Below are positions 24,921 through 35,591 of a DNA stretch of 64,000 nt, one piece after another. The notes below the pieces were generated by a model, which was given only the letters and a program-made list of their open reading frames with translations, was not told the DNA's origin and did not search any database. The translations under genes and the position numbers were made by a program. Source of the stretch: Balamuthia mandrillaris (Eukaryota); the NCBI GenBank assembly GCA_031835245.2, contig JAVKOQ020000021.1:124001-188000 (forward strand), written 5' to 3'. Numbering within the stretch: position 1 is the first letter of the stretch; every line of letters starts with the position of its first letter.

Positions 24921-27772
24921 GCTAACAACAATAAACATCTCCTTCCTTTCATTTACAGGAAGTGTTGTTGCATTACAAAGGAGCATTACGACAATTCATC
25001 ATCGATGATAAAGGAGCCGTTCTCATCGCTGTCTTTGGTTTGCCTCATATGACTTTGGAAGATGACGCCGTTCGTGCTGTGAACGCCGCCCTCGTCATCA
25101 ATGCACGATTGCACGCATTGAACTTGTTCAACTCGATTGGTATCGCTACTGGCAAAACGTTTTGTGGAAATGTTGGAAGCTCCAAGCGGTGTGAGTATTG
25201 TGTAGTTGGAGATTCAGTCAATCTTAGTGCCAGGCTCATGGTCGCTTCTGCAAAGTTTGTTTCTACTTTAGTTTCTTCCTTCTCTTCCTTATTTCTTCTT
25301 TTCGTATTACAATGAATGTACTCATACCAACAACTGAAGAGCATCGAATGGAGGGAAGGCTTCTGGCGCTATCTATGTTGATGAACAAACCTATCGTGTT
25401 GTTACAGAATCCGAAAGCCGTTTTTTGTTACAACCACTAGAACCTATTCTCGTTAAAGTCCGTTCTCTCTCCTCTGCTATGTTCTCCTCTTCTTATCACC
25501 GTTTCGTCATTCTCATCTCTTCATTGTTCTCTTTTCTTGCTAACGTGAAATACCACAAACAAATGAAACTACAAACAGGGGAAAAAAAATCCAATACCAA
25601 TCTACACACCCATTGAAGGAAGACGAAAGTCCCTCCGCGAAGCTATCATAAGCCCCAGACAACTAATTGGCAGAACTCACGAAATGAATCTCTTTCGCAA
25701 CGCCTTCGACACTTTCATGCATCAAGAACATCATCCCTTCAAAGTGGTATTCATCAAAGGTCAAGCAGGAATGGGAAAGACAGCAATGGTTCGAGAGTTG
25801 CTCAACTGGACTACTTTCCAGGAGAATGGCAAAGAAGAAGTGCTGATCATCGACGGACAAGCACCAGAGGTAGAAAAGAACACGCCTTACTTCATCTGGC
25901 AGGAAATACTGAGCACCGCTTTTGACTTTCCGGTCATAATGCAAGATGAGAGTGTATGCCGTTCTTCCGATGAGAGCTACCTCAAAGGCTTTCTTAGCAA
26001 AATGGATCCAGCGCTTGCGAAGTATGTTGCAGTGTTGAATCCTTTGCTTGTGACTCAGTTTCCGGAAACAGACGGTTCGCATCTCTCTCTCTCTCTCTCT
26101 CTCTCTTGGGGTATTTTCTTTGTGTTGATTGATTTGTACAGAGTCCAACCAACTAAAAGCAAAAGAACGGCGTGATATACTTCATGCATTTTTATCGTTC
26201 ATGTTCCACGAGTTTCGTTGTGCCAACGGCAACCGACCCATTGTGTTAGTCATGGAGAACTGTCACTGGTTGGACAGCGCCAGTTGGGGCGTCGTCGCCC
26301 ACATGCTCAACGCAGCGGACGCGCACCATGGTCTTTTCTTGGTACTCACATCGAGGCCTCCGCAAGAACGAACTTTCTCAACAAGCATGGTAGTTTGCTT
26401 TTGCTTCTTTCTTCTAGTTTTTCTCTAGACATTGTTCTTGCTGTCTTTATGTACTTATGGTCTTATTCCACTCCAAAGCATGAAGAGGTGGATGTAGTAA
26501 TTGAAGAAGAAGTTAGGCAAGAAGCCACAGCACTTGCTGCAAACATCAAGTATCTGGAAGAAGCTCACGCGGAGGTTGTTTTAACCATCGAATTAAACCG
26601 AATGAGCAACGAGCAAATTGCAGAATTGGCCAAAGCTGTGATGCAAACATCGGAACTAAACGAAGCGGAAGAGGGAATTCTATTCTCCAAGTCACAAGGC
26701 AATCCTATGATCGCCATTTCTTTAGGTTTCTGTTCCTCCATGCTTTCTCTAGAGTTCTGTCACTCACGTTCTTGCTATTTTTTTTTTTGTAAAACGTGCC
26801 AAAAGCGTCAACACTCCCGAAACTCAAACTAGTGTGCAGCGAAGATGTCTGTTTCATGGATCCCTCCACCATTCGTCAACTTCCAAGCTCAGTGGAGAGT
26901 GCTATAACGAGCACTGTCGATAAACTTTCCGTCAACCAACAAATCATTTTAAAAGTAGCTTCCGTCATCGGCTCTCGTTTTTCGGCTGCTCAGCTGCAAA
27001 CCGTTCTTACGAAAGCAGGAAAGGATGAACTCGGACAGGAACAGTTCTTGAAGGAACTGGATGCGTTAAGGCAGATGGCCATTTTGTCGGTGTCTTTGGA
27101 TCGAGAGGACTTGCTTTATTTCTTTGATAACGCGTTTGCTCAGAGTAAGTTTGTCATGCGTGTTCTCTCTCTTTCCAGAGTTCTTTGTTATCTCTCTTTT
27201 GTTGGTCTCTTTCTGAACCGTAGCAACATAGAAACTATATATGACATGATGCCCTTTTCGGAGCGATACAAGTACCATGCCATCATTGCTGATTGGTATG
27301 AACAACGTTTCTCCACAAACAGCGCGCCTCATTATCCTGTGCTGGCCTACCACTGGCGCCGAGCCCAAGACTTTCTCAAGGCCATTCGTTACTACGACCT
27401 CGCTGGCGAGTTTGCGTACACCAATTATGCAGGAAAAGAAGCTTCTTCTAGTTGGCTACAAGCCATAAAACTTCACGAACGCATCTTAAACATGTGCACT
27501 TCAGCTTCAGCTTCAACGAAGAGCGAGAAACAAGAAAAAGAAGAGAAAAGACATCGATATGAAAAGTACCTGATGGAGCAAGATTCGGGGTTGAGGGTGG
27601 GACGATGGTATAGAATGGTTGGTTTGGCTAAAGGACAAGTTGGTAATCTGTTGGATAGCGTTAGCTTCACCAAAAAAGCGCTTCAAATTTTGGGAATGCC
27701 GGTGCCTGAAACGGATGAAACAACGGTTGAAGGTTTTTGTCTTTTTGGTCTCACTCTTGATGTCACGCTTAT

Positions 27773-27823
<51 letters not shown>

Positions 27824-29456
27824 AAAAGCGATTCATCGTTTGTTGAAGCAAGTATTGGTGCATCACATGTATTCTTCACGTCTCATTGGAAGGCTCAAGG
27901 ATGACCCTAAGAACAAAGAACTACTTTACGCGTATAAACGCCTTATGGTGTACGTTCTTTTATCAGAAACTTCTTCTGTTTCTCCTTCTTGTTCAACATT
28001 GCTTCCTATCTTCACGATAAAGTTCAGGGATCTTGTTATCATGGGACAACAAAATTTTCACTGTGTTAACTTTACAACTGGCGGTTTTGGCGGAACAGTG
28101 CGACATTCTGCTGGAAAGAGCTTTTGCCTATTCCTTTGTTCTCATCAATGTCAACCGTTTCTACCACAATTGGAACAAGTTTGCTGGGTATCATTGGGGC
28201 TGGCTGCACAACCTGTTTCAGCGAAAATGCAATGCTCTCATTCAACGCATCGACCAAGAACTGCAACAACATTCAGCCGAGACGAAAGAAGAAAAGGAAT
28301 CGAGGAAACTAAAGCTCATGACAAGGGCAATGTTGGAGTTGAGAACTCAGTTTCTTCTGATGGGCGAACCTGGCTGTTCTCTCACCTACACAATTCAACG
28401 TTTAGAAGCGCTGAACACGGCTTTGACGGAAGTTGGAGAACACTCTGAGAGCGACAGCATGAAAACGTTGTTGCTCGTCATTTTGTACTTGCAGGGAGAG
28501 TTGGAGAGAGGCATTCGACTCGCAGACGAGCTTCTGGAGAATGTCAAAAAGCGCAAATATCCGACTCATGAAGAAGCTACCATTCGTATGAAGTCAATGA
28601 TACTCATTCGGTTTGTTCTTTGCCTTTCTTTTCTGCTGTTTCTTTTTCTTTACTCTTCTAACTCTTTTAATCACAGAAAGGGCAACTGGGAAGCGGTGAA
28701 GCATTACAACGAAGAAATGGTGGAAAAGAAACTGCACAAAATTAGTCCTTCCGTCCATTTCGCTTTCTTGCTTCGTGTGGCCTACTGCCATTTGGCCAAC
28801 GGCCAAATGGACGCCCTTCGTGAGAATTTGACCCAAGCTCTTTCGCTCTGGGAAGATGCCTTCTTGCAACAGATGCGAATCTTGGCTCCCTTGCAACTCG
28901 CTTTCGAGGAGAGCATTGCGCTATGGGAGTACGAAATCGCTGTTAGAGAGAAACAGAAAGAGAACAATGACAATGCTGAACTGGAGGAATGTGAAAGACG
29001 ATGTGAGTTTGTGTTAGGCATATTCTGGAAGATGAGCGCCATCTTCACGCTCGGCCGATGTGGAGCTTGGTACTCTCAAGGCATGTTCTTTGCTCTTTCT
29101 GGAATGATTGACAAGGTTAACCCTCCTTCTCTTCTCTCCTTTCCCTTTCCTCGTCTTTTTACCGCTGACAACCAAAAAACAAACAAAAGGCTCATATTTG
29201 TTGGGATCATACAAAGCAACTGTACAATAGCGCACCGGACTTTTTCCCAGTGGAACGAGCGCTGGTTCTGCTCGCCAAAGCACGTTTTCCTAGGCCATCT
29301 TCACAAGAAACAGCAGAGCGCACAAACGCAAAAAGAGTTCGACGAGCAACGGCAGCAATGAAGGCCTTCCAACGCATGGATTATCAACCATTTGCTCAGC
29401 AATGCAAGCAGCTCCTTCATTCTCTTTCTTCTTCTTCTTTTTCTTCGTCTTGTTGA
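22942..29456 (+). CDS. Soluble nucleotidyl cyclase of ADCY10/Dictyostelium sGC architecture: two class III cyclase domains + STAND P-loop ATPase + TPR-like region
   Basis: VFVDISGYTPL, GGDVIK|FAGDALL, QFIIDDKG, YCVVGDSVNLSARLM; Walker A GQAGMGKT; LVMENCHWLD; SQGNPM; LKVASVIG; YPVLAYHW. Confidence 0.9.
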
Positions 29457-30215
29457 GTGAGCAATAAAAACAAGACAAGAAAAAAAAAAAAAAAAGAGGA
29501 TTCCCCTTCGTTTTTGTTTTTCTCTCTCACTCTTTTCGAACAAGCGAATCACCGGCAAGGGGTAGGTGGAGGCAGCTTTGGCTGCAACACAACAACTCCC
29601 ACCAAACTCCTCTCTCCAAGCCCCAAAACCTTCTCAGCATTTGCCTTCATTGTACTTCCTCCTCCTCTGCCTCTTCTGTCTCCAAAAAAAGCTGTGCACA
29701 GAGCTCACATCGTCTTTGCAATCGTTCCTTCGCATCTTCTGGCAGCACCACTTCCGCACCCTCCACACTTTCTTCCGTTTCTGTTTGTTCTTCTTTTGTA
29801 CCTTTCTTGTCATGTTCTTTATCATGTAGAGAAGCAGATGATGATGAAGGAGGAGGAGGAGGAGAAGAAGAAGAAGAAGAAGAAGAAGAAGAAGAAGAAG
29901 AAGAAGAAGAAGAAGAAGAACAAGAACAAGATCAAGAAACAAGGCAAGGGAAAGGAAGGACTGGAACAGGGGTCATAAGGAACACACTTTTGCTCTCTCT
30001 CGTCCCCTTGCCACGTGTTGTCTTCTCCCCTCTCTCCTTTCTGCGCTGCTCTCTGCTCTCTCCTCTCTTTCGTTACACCACCCCCCGATACCACCATCCC
30101 GAGCACATTATCTCTCATCGTTGGACCAAAAGGAAGCAATGGTAAGACAAAGTTTTCTGCAAGGAGGTAAACGAAGAGAAAAAGCGCCACATGGAATACT
30201 GAGCAGGACCGTTTG

Positions 30216-30265
<50 letters not shown>

Positions 30266-30572
30266 AGAACTTTCTGTGGTGTTGATTGTCTTGCACATTG
30301 CTTTCAAGTTGTTTGGACAGAGACGGAAAGAGACGAGGGATGGAAGCGAAAATTCCTTACCTTGGACCAAGGGGGAAAGCCGATGAAGAGGAAGCCCTGC
30401 TATAATACTAGCCCCTTTTAGCTAGAGGAAACGTCGCTTCGCCAAATGCAACAGCATGACGTTGTTAAATTCCATAAATGGAAAATGTTACGTCACACCA
30501 CGGATGACGTTTGAATTTCCAAAAATAGACAAACATCACATCATCCAAACAAACGAAGAAAGAAAGAAAGAA

Positions 30573-31724
30573 ATGCAAAGCGGAAAGAGAAAGCTGCCAG
30601 CCGAGGAAGAGGAAGCGGGAGAGCACAGGACGACGAACGTAAGGCATGACGCTGCTTCCTCTTCTTCCTCTTCTTCTTTGGTCTCTCCTCCTCCTGCCAT
30701 TTCAGAGGAGGAGGCCGCTCTCTACGACCGTCAAATCCGTCTGTGGGGCGCGCAGGCCCAACAACGGATGCGCGCCTCTCGCGTTCTTCTGTGCAACCTT
30801 CGCGGTCTTTTAGTAGAGGTTTCTTTCTTTTCTTTTCTTTTCTTTTTTTGAGAAAAACGTTGTCCTGTTTCCCTTTTCTTCTGATTTTTTTTTGTTTGTT
30901 GGTTGACGAAAATCTTTGTATATTTAAAAATAAAGGTAGCGAAGAACATCGTGTTGGCGGGGGTTGGTTCTGTGACGCTGTTGGATGCTGCCACTGTTTC
31001 GGAGGCTGACCTCAGCGCTCAGTTTTTTCTTGGCGAAGCCGACATTGGCAAAAACGTAAACACACTTCTTTGCCACCTCGTCCTTTTACTCTTTCTCTTT
31101 CTCTTCTCTCTGTCTCCTTCTTCTCTGCTCTTCTCCTTTCGCTCCTCTTCTCTGTTCCATTGCCTCTTCCTTCTTATCGTTTCTCTCTTTCTTGTTTCGG
31201 TTTCATTTTCTTCTTTCTTCTTTTTCTTTTCTTCATTTTTCTTTCTTCATGCTTCTTTCTTCCGTTTTAACTGTCTACTAACTCGTTTTTTGTTGAATAT
31301 AATAATAATAAGAGAGGAGAAGCGTGTCTCGAAAAAATCAAAGCGTTAAACCCCAAAGTGGAGGTGCGGTGTGAGGCGGTGGACCTCGACTCTAAAACAG
31401 AGGAAGAATTGTGCAGTTACAACGTCATATGTCTTAGCAACTGCTCCCTAAGCTCCATGGTACCATCTCCTTTCTGCTTTCTGCTCTTTTCTCCTTTCGG
31501 CTAACGCGTGGTCGTCAAGTTACGAGTAGATAAGATCTGCCGGAAGCACAAGATACCACTCTTCATTACGGATTCTTTCGGCTATCAGGCCTTCATCTTC
31601 TCTGACCTGGACCGTTACGTTTACATAGAGTTTGTTTCTCCCTTTCCTTCCCTTTGTTGCAGTTTTTGTTTCTCCTCCTGACCTTTTTTGTCTTGTTCTT
31701 CTTGTTCGTCTTCTTCTTGTTCTT

Positions 31725-31755
<31 letters not shown>

Positions 31756-31760
31756 TTCTT

Positions 31761-31791
<31 letters not shown>

Positions 31792-32515
31792 AAGTTTTTT
31801 CTCCTTCTCCCTGTCCTGTCTGTTCCAAAAGTCTAATCCACAAATAACAACAGAGAAGAAACAGATGAAGAAAAAAAGTATAGAAAGAAGCAAAACAAAA
31901 ATAACAACAACAATACCGAACCGAAGAAGCAAAGAGCCATGCACACAAAAGAAATCTCTTCGCCCAGTTTAGAAGATGTCTTCTCCACAAAAGTGAATTG
32001 GGCAGATTCTACCCTTCAACGAACTCCAAAACTCTTTTTCACTCTCCCCATTCTCTCACAATGGAGCGAAGAGAACGGAGGGCGCTATCCCACAAGCAAA
32101 GAAGAGGAAGAAAGTCTGTTGAAGTTTGCTCACGAGATGTTGAGCGCTCGCAATGTGCCTTCTTCATTTTTGTCAGATGAGTTCATACGGTAGCTTTTTT
32201 TTTGTTTCTTTGTTTCTATGTTTTATATTTTCTTAACCTTCTTTGTTTCTTCCTCCCTTTTACACAAACACAAATAACAGAACAACAGCAAAAACAGCAA
32301 TGGCAGAGCTAAGTCCAGTGTGCGCTATAGTGGGCGGCATATTAGGGCAACAAGTCATCAACGTCCTGTCCGGCAAAGACGAGCCGCTCCACAACTTCTT
32401 CTTCTATGACGTTCAACGCGGTGTTGGCTTGGTGGAAAAGATTGGACCTACCTCTTCTTCGTCTTCCTCTTCGTCACCAAACAACGAACAACAAAGTCTC
32501 GTTATTGAACTTTGA
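30573..32515 (+). CDS. SAE1: SUMO-activating enzyme subunit 1 (Aos1)
   Basis: ISEEEAALYDRQIRLWGAQAQQRMRASRVLL, VAKNIVLAGVGSVTLLD, AQFFL, ELSPVCAIVGGILGQQVINVLSGKDEPLHNFFFYD. Confidence 0.92.
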
Positions 32516-32659
32516 AATGCTGACTCGCTCTACTCCCCTCTTCGCTTTCTCTGCATGCAACAACCTACGGTCTCTCTTTCTCTCTCGCACACGCTCTAAG
32601 CAAATTCGTTTTACTTTGAACAAAAACAAAAAAATAAAGAGAAGAAGAAAAGAAAAAAA

Positions 32660-32767
32660 GCCTGGAGTGGATTTAAACCACCATCAACCCGGATTTGAGG
32701 ATGGATCTTCCTCATGGAGCAGCGTGCGCTGCGTTAGACGGATCGGCTGACTGTTGCCGCGCCAGGC
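32660..32767 (-). ncRNA. Putative Pol III structured small RNA, copy A (~108 nt, tRNA-like fold)
   Basis: Closing stem GCCTGG/CCAGGC, internal hairpins, T7 terminator, ACCCACAA at -64..-71. Homologous to copy B with compensatory changes. Confidence 0.7.
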
Positions 32768-32830
32768 TGATTGGAGAACAAGGAGCCTCAGCCCCTCCTT
32801 GTTTCCCTGCGCGTGCCCTTGGCCACACGA

Positions 32831-32838
32831 TTGTGGGT
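32831..32838 (-). promoter_or_regulatory. DUSE/USE-like upstream element ACCCACAA for RNA copy A
   Basis: Fits the Dictyostelium DUSE consensus WCCCAYAA; same spacing in both copies. Confidence 0.65.
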
Positions 32839-33115
32839 GAGGGCATCAAATAATATTTGACCGACGCGCAATGGTTTGGTATGGCGGTGGTCCTTGTCGA
32901 CACTAATTTTCCCCCGCTAAAAGTAGCAGGGAAGCGCAGGGACCTTTTTTGCTGCCCTTTTTGTCCCTTGCCGTTTCTTTTCGGCCATTTGTAGACAAAA
33001 TTTCTTTTTGTCGACCCAACAAGAGAGGAGAGGAGAGAAGAGAGGGAGAAGATAGGAGAGAGAGCAGAGAGAGCAGAGAGGGAGGAGAAGAAAAAGAATG
33101 GTTGAAAAAAAAAAA

Positions 33116-33237
33116 GCCTGGAGTGGGGAGTTTAACCACCATCAACCCGGATTTCTCATGTTTTAAATAAGAAGCGGCTTGCGCCGCATCCACCTGTGGG
33201 TAAGACGGGTCAGCTAACAGCTTGTGCTGCACCAGGC
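33116..33237 (-). ncRNA. Putative Pol III structured small RNA, copy B (~122 nt, tRNA-like fold)
   Basis: Same closing stem and 3' segment AAATCCGGGTTGATGGTGGTT; GCGGC-GCAA-GCCGC tetraloop hairpin; T11 terminator; TCCCACAA at -64..-71. Confidence 0.7.
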
Positions 33238-33300
33238 TGAACTTGGGAAAACCTCACAAACCCCATTTTCAACCCCATAGGCCCACCATAGGCCGCTCCA

Positions 33301-33308
33301 TTGTGGGA
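33301..33308 (-). promoter_or_regulatory. DUSE/USE-like upstream element TCCCACAA for RNA copy B
   Basis: As for copy A. Extended shared context CTCWCCCACAATSGWGYGGCCWA. Confidence 0.65.
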
Positions 33309-33575
33309 GAGAGGAGATTTGATGCCCACACACAACCAGCTGTGGAGTTCGGTTTGAGGCAGAGATATCTTCTCTCGTGTTTTAAAAAGGTTGTTAGTTT
33401 GTCTCCCGAGCGCACACCGTCACCGGAGATGCCTTCTTCCTCTTTATCTCCTTATTGTTGACACGAGACCACCTCACCTTCGTTTGGTGTTCTTCTTTTG
33501 CTTCTGGCTTGCTTGGCATCCATCTTCTCCTTCTCTCCTCCTTCTCCTTCTTGTTAACCTCCGCTGCATCGAACA

Positions 33576-34260
33576 TCAAAAAGCGGCTAACATGTTGTTG
33601 ATGCCTTCTTCCAAGGTCCCATCGTTGCTGACACGAACCACTCGCACCTGCCCGTCCCCTCCTTTGCGTCGCCACTCCTCCAACAGCCCCTCCAGCTCCT
33701 TCTCCTTCTCCTCGTTTCTCTGCAGGCGTTCCAGCAGCTCGGCCTCGCTTTCGGTGGCCCTGCCTCGCAGCCGCCGGGCCAACGTCTCCGGCTTGGCGGT
33801 GAGGTGGAGCACCAGCATCCTGTACCCACCGGGGAAATAGGTCTCCAGTATCCGCTGCAGGCTCTCTCTGGAAACGCTCAACAACACTTCTTTGCCTACT
33901 GCTTCCATAGGTTCTTCTTCTCCTTCCTCTGCTTCACTATGTTCTTCCTCCTCTGCTCCTTCGTCCAAGGCTCGCTTCACCTCCGCCTCGCGAATGCCGT
34001 AGCGAAGGCCATGCGCCCGCCAGTGAAGGCACGCGCCAAAGGCGCCTTCCTCCAACAGCCGCTGAAAGGCCTCCTCGGAGACGTGCTCGTTGTTCTCTCT
34101 GCCCTCGGCGGCCTCGCGCGTTAGACTCGTTAGAACAACAAAAAGAAAAGTTTTGGTCACAGAAACGAACCAGAGTATCTTTACCAACGCCGCTGGGACC
34201 GATGACCAGACACAAGCGTCCTCTGTTGGGCTCTCCCTTCTTCTTCCTCTGCTGTTGCAT
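33576..34260 (-). CDS. PhnN-like ribose 1,5-bisphosphokinase / guanylate-kinase-fold protein (possibly disrupted)
   Basis: LVIGPSGVGKDTL, LTRE...NEHVSEEAF, LHWRAHGLRYGI, SVSR, LARRLRGRATES, NDGTLEE. Splice phase at 34125-34170 does not fit. Confidence 0.7.
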
Positions 34261-34719
34261 GATGATCTGTTTCGGCGTTTGAATTCGTATTGAAGCAAAA
34301 GTAACGATGGGGGGGGGGGGGTCGAAGATTCCTGTCCTCTGACAGAGGTGCTTATCTTTTGGACACATTTTGCCCTTCTCTGTATAAATTTAGGTTGAAT
34401 GTTAAAACATGGTGGAAAATTTTTTTGGTTGAACAAGCCAAGTCCTCCTCTCCTTGCATGCTTCTTCCTTCTGGGCAAGCCCTCAAGACCCCTCCTTCCG
34501 AGTATATCGTTGCTCTCGCTATAACGGTTTTGTTGTTACCACCAAAACAATTCATAAACGTTCTTGTTGGCAGAGAAAAAACCTTTGTTGTTCTAGGGAC
34601 CCGGTCAAGGTACCTTGGTTTTCTCCGTGTTGGATCCCTTGTTCGTGGGCATCGCGGCCAGTGCTTGGTACGCCTGCGCTCCGCCGTCTCTCCGCGACCA
34701 GTTTTAACAAAGCGGCTGC

Positions 34720-35356
34720 CTGCAGCTCCATCTCGGTGCTGGAATGGGCTGTGGAGGAGAATGGCTGTCCTTTTAACGCCCGCCTGACTTCTATGATGGC
34801 CAAACAGGGCAAACTGGGAGTACTGAAATGGGCTCGAGAGGGAATGGGTTGTACAGGTGCTGAAGTGGGCCAGAGAGAACGGGTGCCCTTGGGGTGGCGA
34901 GACTTGTTGTTCCGTGGCTGCCTATCAAGGCCGTTTGGAGGTACTTCAGTGGGCCAGAGATAACGGATGTCCTTGGAACCACGAAACTTGCAACTGGGCA
35001 GCATCGAATGGACATTTGGGGGTGCTGAAATGGGCAAGGGAGAACGGATGCCCTTGGGAAGCCAACACTTGCGCCCATGTACCAAGGCAGCCCAGTGGGT
35101 CCATTTGGAGGTGCTGGAATGGGCACGGGAGAACGGGTGCCCTTGGGGTGAGCAAGCTTGCACCAGGGCCGCTGAGCATGGCCGTTTGGAGGTGCTGAAA
35201 TGGCTGAGAGCCAACGGATTCCCGTGGGACAAGAACACCTGTCACGCTGCTGCGTTCGGCAACCGTTGGGAGATGCTGCGATGGGTCAGGGTGAACGGAT
35301 GCCCTTGGGGCAAGTCCGCGAGGAAGTGGGCTGCGGAGAACGGGTATGTGGAGTAG
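34720..35356 (+). pseudogene. Degenerate ankyrin-repeat gene of the GHLEVLKWARENGCPW type
   Basis: About 7 repeats of LEVLxWARENGCPW spread over three frames, with frameshifts and no introns. Confidence 0.8.
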
Positions 35357-35591
35357 CAGAGCTGTCCCATCATGGGAAGGAAGCCAAGGTCGGTGGTGGA
35401 GGCACCTCTTACGATGTAGCGTAACGTATATTAGTCTTGTGCAGGCCATATCGAGCAACGGACATGGGTGTCGAGCAAAAGAGCTTTGTCCACGTGAATA
35501 TGTGCTTTTTCGTGAAGACATAATTTGCCCTTCCCAACAGAAGAATCCCAATAAAAATTGAAGAAAGAAAAAAAAAATAAAGCGAAAAGAG

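Noticed and set aside
29640..30460. Possible small minus-strand gene (a GTAAG donor near 30360; acidic frame ending ...RCELCAQLFLETEEAEEEVQ*)
   Set aside because: I could not assemble a consistent start and exon chain, and no homology was recognised.
32660..33237. Calling the two RNAs intron-containing tRNA-Val (CT-AAC and CT-TAC follow the central stem) or 5S rRNA (GCCTGG...CCAGGC ends)
   Set aside because: There is no D-loop GG or TTC T-loop, the closing stem is 6 bp, the T-like stem is 4 bp, and no internal 5S motifs are present. The resemblance is noted but is not sufficient.
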